This document shows positions 21,993-32,802 of a DNA stretch of 64,000 nucleotides, in pieces (the stretch's first letter is position 1; the number at the start of each line of letters is the position of its first letter). Source of the DNA: Trypanosoma brucei. Taxonomy: Eukaryota. The DNA is taken from positions 992,001-1,056,000 of the forward strand of contig CP000071.1 of NCBI GenBank assembly GCA_000002445.1, read 5' to 3'. The notes beneath the pieces were generated by a model. The model did no database searches. It was not told the origin of the DNA and saw nothing but the letters and a program-made list of their open reading frames with translations. Made by a program: the position numbers and the translations under genes.

Positions 21993-22886
21993 ATGCAACA
22001 GAACATTCACTCTTTCACACCCACCAACGGGAAGGATCGCTGTAAGTTATGTCTCTCCTATTGCGGGCCCATTTATCTTGTTGTTGTTATTCTCTCTTTC
22101 CTTGGCGCCTATGCGGCATTCTTCATTGGGTTATGCTTGCGATATCCCACTTCATGGAAGTTGGCTGTTTGCATCTCATGTCTGTTCACCGGCGCTGTGT
22201 TGGCTGGCATTTTGATTTTTACCCTGCTTCGGGCGGTCTTCACGCCAGCTGGTTATGTCCCACAGTCGCCGTGGCAATATCCACCACGTTATATCGGTGA
22301 GTGTCCGGGGTTCGTTCCCCCGTCTGGTGAGGGTGTAGGTGAAAATCCCAATACGGTGCGGCAGTTGGATCGTCATAATCAACTGCGCTACTGCACTGCC
22401 TGCAAGCAATTCAAACCAGATAGGGCATACCACTGCGAATCGTGTGAGCGGTGCACATTTGACTTTGACCACCACTGCCCTGTACTCAACAATTGTATTG
22501 GACGTGGCAATTACAAGATGTTCGTTCTGTTTCTTTGCTACGTTCCCATAGTCGGTTGTGTTTTGGGTGGCCTGATGTTTGTGGGTTTCTTTGTAGTGGA
22601 TGAAGCGGAGCCGGCAGTTGCGTGGATGGTGTTCGCGATGATTATGATGATCTTCTGCGCCGTTATTGGTATATTTGGCTGTGTGCATTTGTGTTGGCTC
22701 TGTCGCGGAGAGTCCACCATGGGGCGCCACGTGAGTAGTTTTAACAAACAGCGGGGCCGAAGCAAAGAAGAGCGTGCACGAGAGCGGGAGGAACATTGCA
22801 ATGCCGTGTGTGGAGTGAGGCGAGTGTGGTGGCGTCTTGTCATGCCAGTCTTGCCCCTGCGGGAAGAGGCGGCTTCACTTGTTTGA
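21993..22886 (+). CDS. DHHC-type zinc-finger palmitoyl acyltransferase
   Basis: DHHC-CRD 'CTACKQFKPDRAYHCESCERCTFDFDHHCPVLNNCIGRGNYK' flanked by four hydrophobic helices. The track ORF starts at GTG 21969; first ATG at 21993. Confidence 0.85.
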   Translation: MQQNIHSFTPTNGKDRCKLCLSYCGPIYLVVVILSFLGAYAAFFIGLCLRYPTSWKLAVCISCLFTGAVLAGILIFTLLRAVFTPAGYVPQSPWQYPPRYIGECPGFVPPSGEGVGENPNTVRQLDRHNQLRYCTACKQFKPDRAYHCESCERCTFDFDHHCPVLNNCIGRGNYKMFVLFLCYVPIVGCVLGGLMFVGFFVVDEAEPAVAWMVFAMIMMIFCAVIGIFGCVHLCWLCRGESTMGRHVSSFNKQRGRSKEERAREREEHCNAVCGVRRVWWRLVMPVLPLREEAASLV

Positions 22887-24367
22887 GGCTTTTGTTGTTG
22901 TTGTTTTGTAGTGTTGTGACGCGACGTGGGAAGGATGGGGAATCCGAGTGGTAAGAAGCAAATACAAGGTTATATTTGTCATGTACAACTCTGTTTATTT
23001 AGCAGCGTTGCAAATATGAAACTGAGAACACGACGCCTGTTTTTTTTCGTATTATTGTTATTATCATTTCCATTCTGCCTCACTGCTATGTTTGTTTGTT
23101 CTTGTACATAAGCCTGTGTTATGAAAGTTTTCTGTAGGAAGGGGAGGTGCTGCACTTGGAAAAGGGAGTAGTTATTCCTTCCTCTCCTTTTCGTATTTGT
23201 CTCACTTGGCATATGGTCCCTCCACATCCACCCACACATTTCCTCCTTTCCTTCGGCGTACCTTTAGGGGGTCGTCTATGTGCAAATTTATTTCTTTTTT
23301 TATCGATTGCAATTCTAACCCCGGCACGCACATCATTTTTTTTCTTATTTTATTTTGTTCTTACTGTTTTTAGTGTTCTTGACCGAAACACTTCAACGCT
23401 ATTTGGTTTATTTGATGAACCTCCTTTATCATCTGTACTTCATCCATTACTTTCCTTCACTTGGCTTCCAATGAAAGAAACAAACGAATGCAGAAGAACG
23501 GGGATCATGTGGTCTCCTTTATGATGCTTTTGTTTCATTACACCTTTCGGATGCAACTCTGCAGTGGTTAAACAATTTATATTTCAACTGCTGCGTTGAA
23601 GGGAACGGAACCAGTAGAGATGTTAAATGGAGGAGAAGGTTTGGGGTGGGGGGAGGCGTCGCGTTTATTTCGGAACTGGAGAGTGCCATACGCAATTAAC
23701 AAAAAAAAGCAAACTAACAAACTGGTCAAAGAATTTGAGCGGAACGACTTCTTTTTGTTAAAATGGCAAATTTCAATGTGTGTAAACGTGCGTGTTCGGG
23801 CGTGTACTTATGTCTATGAGTGGCTAGAGGGAATCAGTGTGGAAAGACAAAGTACGAAGCTTCGCTTTCGTTTTGTTGTTGTTCTTCCTACCTCATCAAC
23901 TTCCTCCAAAAGTGGTTCCAGACGCGTTAAACATTTTTCACAGGTCTTTTAAACATTTCTCTCTTATCCCCCACTGTTCACTTATTATTATCCTCCCGTA
24001 CATACGTGTATGTATGTGTATTTGCATGTGTATTGCGCTGTGTTTAAATCTACTCAGAAAGTTCATTTATCGCTGCCACTATTCTCCTCCACTTTATTTC
24101 GTTGTTTATGTTATTATCTATCTCCCCCTTTTTAGGCCTTTGTTGTCTCTTTTCTGTTGTGGTTTTGCCGTTGCTGTTGTTGTTGTTTTCCACCGTTTTG
24201 ACCTTAGGGAGGAATCGCAAAGGTGTGGTCGAAAGTAAGGGGGAAAATACCAGAGGACCGAGGAGAGAGAACAGGGTGACAGCAAAATACAAATAAGAAA
24301 AGCTATTTTTTTTTTTTAAAGAGAGGGAGAAAGAAAGAAACAAGGAACTGGTGATATCAACAGAGGG

Positions 24368-27300
24368 ATGAAACAGAAGGAAACCGCCAGCGACATTAAC
24401 GGTGCCAGAAGCTTACAGGGAAGCGCAGGAACAGTTGCATCCCCCAGACCTCCCACCGTGTACAAAACGTATGGCGGTAGTTCCCATTTGCCACTAATAG
24501 GAAGGTTGCAACGGGCTGTGCGCCGTCCAGGTTCCCGCTCTAGATTAACGCTAACTACTTCGGGTAGTTCTGAAGAGCTAACGAACTTAAAACAGCTTTT
24601 GCAGACTCAAAAGGACCGGCTGTCACGACGCTGTCAAATGATAGACGACAGTTTGGAGGATTGCAGTGCTAACAGGGAAAATGGAACGGCAGGAATAGTG
24701 GAAGGGGGGGAGGAGGGAGGTAAAGAGGGAGTCACCTGCCCAGCGATCAGACGGCTAGCAGAACGGATGCTCGGCCACGTTAACCCCGAAACTAATGACT
24801 TGGAGGAGTATGAAGATGAAGAAGAAGAGGAGGACAGCGAAGTGCGTGCATTGGAAGACGATCTGTGCAGACGCGAGGCGAGGTTAAATATCATAAAAGA
24901 CAAGATGAAGCGCTTATGGGTGGAGAAGCAAATATCGCCGGCAGCTGCCGTTCCGCCTCCAGAGCCCACTGTGCTTGCTGCCACTACCGATCAGGAGGTG
25001 ATCGATGTGGCGGAAATGATGTACAAATTCGCCAGTGGGACCAGTAGGGACAATGAGAATGGTAAGGAAAAGATGGAGGGCTCCTCCAGCATTATTGTGG
25101 GTGACCAACAAGTATTTGACGATGGGATATCAGATGCCACAGCAATCTCCATTACAGATTCCCCTGCGACTGTTCGTCCTTCAGGCGCCATCAAAAGTGA
25201 GGAACGGGCATGCCTCGTACCTTTGCGTTCAAGCAGTCTCGGTCGACTGACAAGTGGTGCGAGGGTTTTTATGGATTTGCTTCCAAACATGCGGGATATT
25301 ATAGTGCTCTCTCCTGGTGAGGTCGGTGTAGCCCGCAGGGGAGATATACTTTCAGAAAACCACATTCTCAAGGTCGATTCCCAGGAGGCGCTGCGCTCAC
25401 GCAAGGGGGCAATGGGTATCATCTCCGGTGCACCGTACTTCCGCATGGTCCCCAAACTTAATGTGGCAGGAGTAGGGCAACCGCGCGCCAGTGCCGTTCG
25501 AACGATCGTGAACGAGTTGCGGCGTGTAATGGATGGATTGGTGGTATGGGTAAACCTTCGTGAGGAGCCACTCGTTTACATCAACAATGAGGCTCATATT
25601 GTGCGGCAACGGAGTGACCCCACAACCCCTATTATTATTCCACATGTCACAGGAAAAAGTATTGCCCTGATAGATGATAAACTGAAAAAAGAGGTAATCA
25701 GGGAGGCAAGCGAAAACAGTGGAAACGTCAGCGTGCACATGGAAGGAAAAGATGGCCACATGGAGGACCAATGGGAGAGCGTTGAAAAGGATCAGGTCTT
25801 CACCTTAGAGGAAGTATTCCGCCCACTGAGAACGAACATCGTATACCACCGGCTGCCCATAACACAAAATGTTGGGCCACAGCCAGGAGACTTCGATTTC
25901 GTCTTCGACTTGTGTTCAGATGACCCGAGAAAAATGATCATATTCAACTGTCAGACGGGACGTGGGAAGACCAGTGCCATGATGACCATTGCCAGTATCG
26001 TACGTTTTTACCAGCTGTTTGCTCACGATGCGGTGCTAGACGCTAGTTTGCTTCGCACTGAAGGTCGCTGTTTCAGTTTCCGAACCATCAAAACGATCGT
26101 ATCACTTATTCCAAATGGCAAACTCCATGAGCGACGGCTCCTCGTTCTTCTTGATCTTTCGGACAAGGTTTACTCCATCGCTGATCATATCAACAACGCC
26201 TTCACTTCCGGTACCACACCCGCCGAAGAGGCTATTATGCATCTTAAGCAGTACGCCTACTTCCTTGTGTTTTCATATTACTGCGAGCAACGCATATGGA
26301 GTTTCAGTACCAAACAACCGTTCAGTCAGTGGTTGCTTGGTAATAATGAGATCAAACTGCTCCTGGAAAGGATAGAAACAATGGAGGAGGAATTCAAAGA
26401 GGAACGTATCGCCGCACCGGTAAGCGAGGCTGGTGACTTTGACACGGATCCAGTACGGAAGCGGCGAGGTACTGTGCTCAGCGCCAACCGCATCTTATGC
26501 AGTTTTCCTTTTTTTGCCAGTGGAAAAGAGGAAACGATCGGATCGCTCCGTCAACTGGCACCTGGTGTACCTATATTTACATGTGGTCGCTTGACGGAGG
26601 AGGGACGGCAGTGCGTAGTGAAGGATATGCGCCATTACTTTCCAGGAAAGATTATGTGGCTTAGTCTTCGTGCGGAGCCGATGGTGTTCATCAATGAAAT
26701 GGGTTATACGCTGGTGGATTACGACGTGACCACATATGGGAAGGGTGGTGAAGGGATAACCATGCACACATCGCTTCACGCCATTGAGCAGATGGAAGAA
26801 CGCCTTCGCCGCGATGTCCTTTTGGAGGCCCAGGAACATAAGGGTTACATTTTGTTGCATAATTTTGATGAAACAGGAAAGCGAAAGGCGATGCAAATCA
26901 AAGCGTGCTCTGTTCGGACCCCCAGATCGATCATGACCGACTTCGCCGCTACGTACGATGTGAGTTATTTTCGCATTCCCATCCCACTTTCTGGTGAAAT
27001 GTTACCAAGTGACGTTGATCCGCTTCTGGAGCACTTGAGTAAGAACACGAAGGACACCACAGTTTTTATAATCAACGATACGCAGGGTTCGGTGCGTACA
27101 ACTGTAGCCCTTAACATACTGACGATGTATCGTGTCTCCCGCACTTGTAACCTCCGCTCGATGAGCAACCCAGCAAGGATTGCTGCGGCCCTGCGCACAG
27201 GTAACAGTGATGTTGTGCTACCGCAGGTGGACATAATTGCTTACCAGGGTAGAGTCACTGATAGTGCAACCAGGAATTATAAAGAATTGCAGGTGGCATC

Positions 27301-28924
27301 AACCATCTGTCAAATGCTGAGGGCCGGGTCTCTACTTTGTGTAACAGATGCACTCATTGATGTTGGTGGATGCGGCAAACGGTGGAACATCGTTCACACG
27401 ATTCACCACTACGCGAACGCTATTACTGCTGGTACCATTGAGAGGACAAAAGGCATTCGTGAGGCTGTAGCAATGGTGCGCGTGTATCTATTTGTACTTC
27501 TCAGTACAATATACATTGATGCACAAGGGGATTATGACGCCAGAGAACCATTCAATTTATGGCTGGAGCGGCGTGTTGAGGTAGCAAATATCCTTAGTGG
27601 TCTGGAGCAACGTGCAGAAAAGGCCTTCAAGTACATCACGCCAAGTAGTGTGGGAATACCAAGTGTCGTACATCGCCGCGGTGACGTGCTTACTGCGAAC
27701 TACGCTTTGAAGGCGGACCACTTTCCGGGATGCCAAAAGAAAGGAATCCGCCCGGAGGTGTGCGGTGCGCCTAACTTCCGCAAAGTGAGGGATGTCAATG
27801 TGTACGGTGTTGCAATTCCTACAATCTTGGGTATTCGCAACATCCTCTCCCTTCTTGGTGCCAGTTTTGAGTCCCTTGAAACATATGAAGGAGAACAAAA
27901 TGATATGGATCTTCATTTGGGATTTGCCGCGCCCCGGCTATTTGATCCGCGCTTCCAAACAGAAACTTTATCCAAGCCTCTTCGAGGACATGTTGTTTGG
28001 GTCAATCTCCGTGAGGAACCGATTCTGTACGTTGGTGATAAGCCATTCGTCCTCCGCAATCTCGAAACGCCGTACGTAAATGTGGAGCTTACGGGTATTG
28101 CCGCTGATGAGGTGGAGCGTGTTGAGCGACAATTACGGCAGGATGTGCTGAAGGAAGCGGAAGAAAACGAGGGATTGTTCCTTATCCACGATGAAGAAAC
28201 ACCAGGTGAACTAGTTGGCGTATGCAAGCCGGTCACAACAGAAATGGTCAAAACGTTACGGGATGTTTATGACGATTTTGTCTCGAACGGTTGCCGTGTT
28301 ACGTTGTTACGCCTGCCAGTGACTGACGAACAAAGTCCTACGGAAGGGAACTTTGATGCCCTCGTCGAGGCGCTTCTGCCGCACATTACGGCACACATGG
28401 ACCGTCGCGAGACGTTGTCATTTGTGTTTAACTGCCAGATGGGGCGGGGCCGAACCACAACCGGAATGGTGGTTTGTTGTTTACTCATTGGTTTGGTAAT
28501 GCCCGAGTACTACAAGGAGTTAGACAGCATTTATGACCCTCTTTACAAGGAGGAAGATTCCAAACTGGCATGTGGTGAGTACAGATGTATCAGCGACCTG
28601 AAGCGGACACTCACAGGCGGTCGCGAGGCAAAACACCGTGTTGATTTAGTAATTGAAGCGTGTTCAACGATGCAGAACCTTCGTACTGCCATTGAATTCT
28701 TTGCTCTTCAGGTGCAGTCACCTGATGTAACGGAGGAGCAGCGCGGTCGGGCTCACCACCACGGTGTGCATTACCTGCGACGCTATTTCAATCTTATTGC
28801 CTTCGCTGCATATTTAGAGGAGGAGTACGACGCTATGAAAAAGCGAGTGCGGTGCTCCTTTTCTCGCTGGCTGGCTCAGCGCCGTGACGTCACCACACTG
28901 TGTGACTCTGCCGCATTAAAATAA
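24368..28924 (+). CDS. Paladin-like protein with two tandem PTP-like (CX5R) phosphatase domains
   Basis: Two P-loop motifs 'FNCQTGRGKTSAMM' and 'FNCQMGRGRTTTGMVV' (CxxGxxR[ST]). Each is preceded by a duplicated upstream module ('GAPYFRMV...LVVWVNLREEPLVYI' and 'GAPNFRKV...HVVWVNLREEPILYV'). This is the tandem arrangement seen in paladin / PTP-like phytase-domain proteins. Confidence 0.75.
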   Translation: MKQKETASDINGARSLQGSAGTVASPRPPTVYKTYGGSSHLPLIGRLQRAVRRPGSRSRLTLTTSGSSEELTNLKQLLQTQKDRLSRRCQMIDDSLEDCSANRENGTAGIVEGGEEGGKEGVTCPAIRRLAERMLGHVNPETNDLEEYEDEEEEEDSEVRALEDDLCRREARLNIIKDKMKRLWVEKQISPAAAVPPPEPTVLAATTDQEVIDVAEMMYKFASGTSRDNENGKEKMEGSSSIIVGDQQVFDDGISDATAISITDSPATVRPSGAIKSEERACLVPLRSSSLGRLTSGARVFMDLLPNMRDIIVLSPGEVGVARRGDILSENHILKVDSQEALRSRKGAMGIISGAPYFRMVPKLNVAGVGQPRASAVRTIVNELRRVMDGLVVWVNLREEPLVYINNEAHIVRQRSDPTTPIIIPHVTGKSIALIDDKLKKEVIREASENSGNVSVHMEGKDGHMEDQWESVEKDQVFTLEEVFRPLRTNIVYHRLPITQNVGPQPGDFDFVFDLCSDDPRKMIIFNCQTGRGKTSAMMTIASIVRFYQLFAHDAVLDASLLRTEGRCFSFRTIKTIVSLIPNGKLHERRLLVLLDLSDKVYSIADHINNAFTSGTTPAEEAIMHLKQYAYFLVFSYYCEQRIWSFSTKQPFSQWLLGNNEIKLLLERIETMEEEFKEERIAAPVSEAGDFDTDPVRKRRGTVLSANRILCSFPFFASGKEETIGSLRQLAPGVPIFTCGRLTEEGRQCVVKDMRHYFPGKIMWLSLRAEPMVFINEMGYTLVDYDVTTYGKGGEGITMHTSLHAIEQMEERLRRDVLLEAQEHKGYILLHNFDETGKRKAMQIKACSVRTPRSIMTDFAATYDVSYFRIPIPLSGEMLPSDVDPLLEHLSKNTKDTTVFIINDTQGSVRTTVALNILTMYRVSRTCNLRSMSNPARIAAALRTGNSDVVLPQVDIIAYQGRVTDSATRNYKELQVASTICQMLRAGSLLCVTDALIDVGGCGKRWNIVHTIHHYANAITAGTIERTKGIREAVAMVRVYLFVLLSTIYIDAQGDYDAREPFNLWLERRVEVANILSGLEQRAEKAFKYITPSSVGIPSVVHRRGDVLTANYALKADHFPGCQKKGIRPEVCGAPNFRKVRDVNVYGVAIPTILGIRNILSLLGASFESLETYEGEQNDMDLHLGFAAPRLFDPRFQTETLSKPLRGHVVWVNLREEPILYVGDKPFVLRNLETPYVNVELTGIAADEVERVERQLRQDVLKEAEENEGLFLIHDEETPGELVGVCKPVTTEMVKTLRDVYDDFVSNGCRVTLLRLPVTDEQSPTEGNFDALVEALLPHITAHMDRRETLSFVFNCQMGRGRTTTGMVVCCLLIGLVMPEYYKELDSIYDPLYKEEDSKLACGEYRCISDLKRTLTGGREAKHRVDLVIEACSTMQNLRTAIEFFALQVQSPDVTEEQRGRAHHHGVHYLRRYFNLIAFAAYLEEEYDAMKKRVRCSFSRWLAQRRDVTTLCDSAALK

Positions 28925-29752
28925 ACATTAGAGGGGGGAAGTGCAGTGATTTTTTTTTTTCACTGTTTGTTGTTGTTGTTACCTTCGGTGACGTTGTGTT
29001 ATCGATATTTGTACGTTTAGGGTGTCACGCAATGGAATAACGGAAAAATAAACAAGATAAATTTCCAGAGATTTAAAGGGAGAAAAAGCGGCTACTAACA
29101 AAAGGGGGAGGTGGGAGCGGATGCTAATGGAAGGATGTGTACTGCCGGACTAAATGTACAAAATAAAGATTTTGAAAACTAAAGGAAAAAACAAAATTAA
29201 AAGGAAATTAAAAGAAAAGAAATAGCACGAAGGGTGGGATGAGTTTTGTTGCGAAGGGGATGAGAAGAATGGAAATCGCTCGGTGTTTGCGTGTGCGGAT
29301 GTGCTTGTTTCTTTCCCCCTTTTGCAGAAGGCGGTTTTGTTTTGTTTCTTTTTTTCTTTTTCTTTTCTTCTTTAACTTATCTCTTCACTTTTTGTTTTTT
29401 CTTAAATTAGGTTCACTCAAGGCACACGGGTAACGGGTTTGGTTAATAATTGGAGCCATGAGGCATCGATTTCTCTCTTTTTTTTTTATATATATGTTCG
29501 CGTTCTTGTTTGTCTGTCTGTTTGTTTGTTTGTTTGTTTGTTCGTTTTTTGTTATTCGTGAAATCTAATAGGAAGGTGGAGCGACACCAAAACGAAAACG
29601 CCCTCGTAAGGGGACGGAAGAATGGGTGTGGTGACTGTTGTCGAGACATTAAAGCAACCGGAAATCAAAAAAAAAATAATAATAAAAGAAAGAGGAAAAA
29701 ATAATGACTAAGAAAATAAAACAAACCGATGGGGAAAATAGCAAGTGATATG

Positions 29753-29785
<33 letters not shown>

Positions 29786-30262
29786 TTGTTTGAAAAAAAA
29801 AAAAGAAAAAACTTATTTTGGAGCCAACGCAATCATTACGGTGTTGAAATTTAGTCCTGTGATTATGTTTTCCTCCCTCTTTCTGTCACTTTATCTCATT
29901 TCGTTAATTTTCTTTCTTTTGCTTTTTTTTTTTTAGTCATACGCATGCATACATATTTTCATATACTTACAAATATTTGTTTGTATTCGTATTGTTTGTG
30001 TCTCACTGATCGAATGGATTTTCTGCACGTGTTTAATATCCGGTCCAACCGATGCGATTTTTCTGCCCCAAATGTAAATTTTTCTTTTCACTTTTTTCGG
30101 AGAGGCTCAAGAAAAAAAAAAGCCGATCCAAATGTATTGTTTTTTCCCCCATTCTTTTTGTCTTCTCTTCCCCTATAACTCAAATGCACGTATGTATATA
30201 TAAATAAATATATTTATTTTTTTCTTTTTATACGTATGTACATCTTGTATTATATTAGCAAA

Positions 30263-30413
30263 CATACACACACACACACACATCAGGTAAGCGGAGAGTT
30301 TCCCTTAAATAAATATATATATATATAATAAATAAATAAATAAATTTATTTATTTATTTATGCATTCGTTTTTGTTGTTTTCTTTTTGCGTGTGTGTGTG
30401 TGTGTGTGTGTGT
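30263..30413. repeat. Composite quasi-palindromic microsatellite: (CA)8, then a 36-bp perfect AT palindrome (AAAT)4.5/(ATTT)4.5 at 30325..30360, then (TG)11
   Basis: Read directly. The palindrome is centred at 30342/30343. The (CA)n tract on the left and its complement (TG)n on the right sit at roughly symmetric distances. Confidence 0.85.
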
Positions 30414-31635
30414 CAGGAGTGGTTTTTGTTTGCTTAGTTGCTCCTTGCTTATACCTATTATATTTACTTCTAAAAGACCGCCATACTTTACACTTTTTTC
30501 TTTTTTTAAAAAAAAATTGTCTCCCACCCCGCAACCCACACAAAGAGTAAAAGAAAAAATAAATAAATAGAAACACCCAGTTCCTTCTTGGTTTAATTTT
30601 TTATTTTTCATTTTACTTTTGGTTTATTGCTTACATTTCTTCACGGTCCTTACTTAAAGCCGAGCCCGCTTTTCTCGTCCTTCCAATTCTCTTCACCACT
30701 GCCTCTGTCGCGTTTTTTTTCCTTTTATTTATGGTGACGTGAGGGAAAGAAACGAAAATAGCGTGACGGGGATTTTTTTTTCCCCTTTTCAAATTTGATT
30801 ATTCAATACGCCAACTCTTATCAAACGAAAATTCATTATTTTCCTCCACTGTGCCTCCATCAAACGAGTTTGTTGTTGTGTGTTGTTTTTGTTTTTGTTT
30901 TTGTTGCCATTTGTTGTATCTATCTACATTAATTCACTTAAGTTTCTGTTCGTGTTGCTGTTGGGGGTGTCGATGTCGTTGATTATTATTTTTATTGTTC
31001 ATTACACTCGGCGTGTTTCCTTTTCCTTTTGCTTCTCACCGTTTTTTTTTTATTTCTCCTTCCGGTTTGATGCGTGGTTGCCGAGGCGTATGTGAAATAA
31101 GTGCGTCTTGTATTTGTATTTTGTGTTGCGGTCCATTTATTAACCGCATAACCATCTCAGCTGCAACACTTGTTTTCGGTGTTTGTTTGTTTGATTGTTT
31201 AGTTTCCCTGTATGGCTTCTTCTTGTGTGTTCACGCTTAGAAAATGAGAAAAAAAGATGAGGGCAAAACTTTTAGAAAAAAAGCGAAGAGGGTTGCCGAT
31301 ATGGTTGGGATGAGGAGCGAATAGAAGAAGAGAGTTGAATCTATTACCTTTTAAGGAAGCAGAAGATTGAAAAGTTGAGTAACCAAACAAAATCTGTTTA
31401 GAGTGCCGTCGTTACTTCCGTTTTCTCCCTTCTTCTTACTTTTATGGAAAGCTGTTGTAACACCACGCGTTTTCAAGTAACTACCTGCATTTTATGATTC
31501 TTCGCAGCACCTTACTTCACTCATTCTTTAATCTATTGAATCATATTTTGCACATATTTGCGTATTTAATGTATATTTATATGGAGCCAGAGGCATTGTT
31601 GTTATAAGGCTGGGAACAGGAAAGAAAGTGCTCAC

Positions 31636-32247
31636 ATGCACGAGTTGGAGTTGCCATTCCAGTGGGATGACGGCACGTGTATATCTCCTTTCGTAGCCAC
31701 CAGTAATAACACACTTGTAGCGCTCTCCAAGTGGCTCCATGACGTCGTACTGCAGCACGGGGAGAATAATTCGCTGCGGCTCACGGATTTGGGTTGTGGC
31801 GATGGCGCTGCTTTACTGCAACTCTGTTGTGAACTTTTTTTACTTCAAACTAAGTCCTGTCCTCTGCATCTTATCGCTGTTGGAGTAGATATTGACGAAT
31901 CGCTCATAACCGATGCAAGGCGGGCTGCAGCGGATGCCGTAGCAAAAGTTCCATCCCCCCATCAACTGCAACATGACTTCGCGGTGGCTGACTTGCGAGG
32001 AGTCGCTGTGGACGAATATTTTCCCCTTAGTGAAACGGATTCCCATGTGCTCTTTTTATATTTACTTCCAGAGGCGCTTAATATTATCCGTGATAAATTG
32101 TTGGAGGTCATTCAGCGCGTCCGGTTTGTTGTATCGAACCGTTGGGATATACCTTTTTTTTCCAATTGGAAAATTGGGCAGCTGCATACGTTAAACGTGT
32201 ACTCCTACCGAGGAGAAAATATTAACTTGTCAAAGTGCAGTAGGTGA
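31636..32247 (+). CDS. Putative class I SAM-dependent methyltransferase (203 aa)
   Basis: Motif I 'LRLTDLGCGDGAALLQL' followed by an acidic residue at the end of beta-2 ('AVGVDIDE'), typical of the Rossmann-fold MTase motif I / post-I. Confidence 0.55.
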   Translation: MHELELPFQWDDGTCISPFVATSNNTLVALSKWLHDVVLQHGENNSLRLTDLGCGDGAALLQLCCELFLLQTKSCPLHLIAVGVDIDESLITDARRAAADAVAKVPSPHQLQHDFAVADLRGVAVDEYFPLSETDSHVLFLYLLPEALNIIRDKLLEVIQRVRFVVSNRWDIPFFSNWKIGQLHTLNVYSYRGENINLSKCSR

Positions 32248-32802
32248 GATTTAAGCTAGGGTGCGTCTGTGGAACTATAATTTTCCCAGTGCCTACGTAT
32301 ATTTGGAAAAACTCCATAAAATTATGTTTGTTTCACATGAACAGCACAGTGGGGGCAGCCATTTTTTTTTTTTTTTGGTGTGTGTGTTTTGCTCCATTGC
32401 ACATTTTCCCTGTATAGTTTTCGTCTCCCATGCACGCACATGTACCACACCCTCTCTCGCTGCCCAAACTAATATGGACCGGGATTAGCTGTATTGTTGG
32501 TGTAATTTATTGTCTGTAGTCATCTGTGTCTTATTTTGGTGACTCTTTTTTAAAGATTCATTCCGCGTTTTCCTTTGTTTCTTTTTTTTTTGTACATATT
32601 TTAAACTGCGATGTGCCTGTAGGAGGGGGTGGGGCGTTATCGCTCGGGGTGTGCAGCTTGCCGTGGAACAAAGCGGGTCCACAAAGGTGTAACCTAAATA
32701 AATCAACTAATATACATATATATATATATATATATATCTTTTTTGTTCACCAATACTTCAAATATTTTGTTATATCGTGGCCACCGGACGAGGTTTCGGT
32801 GA

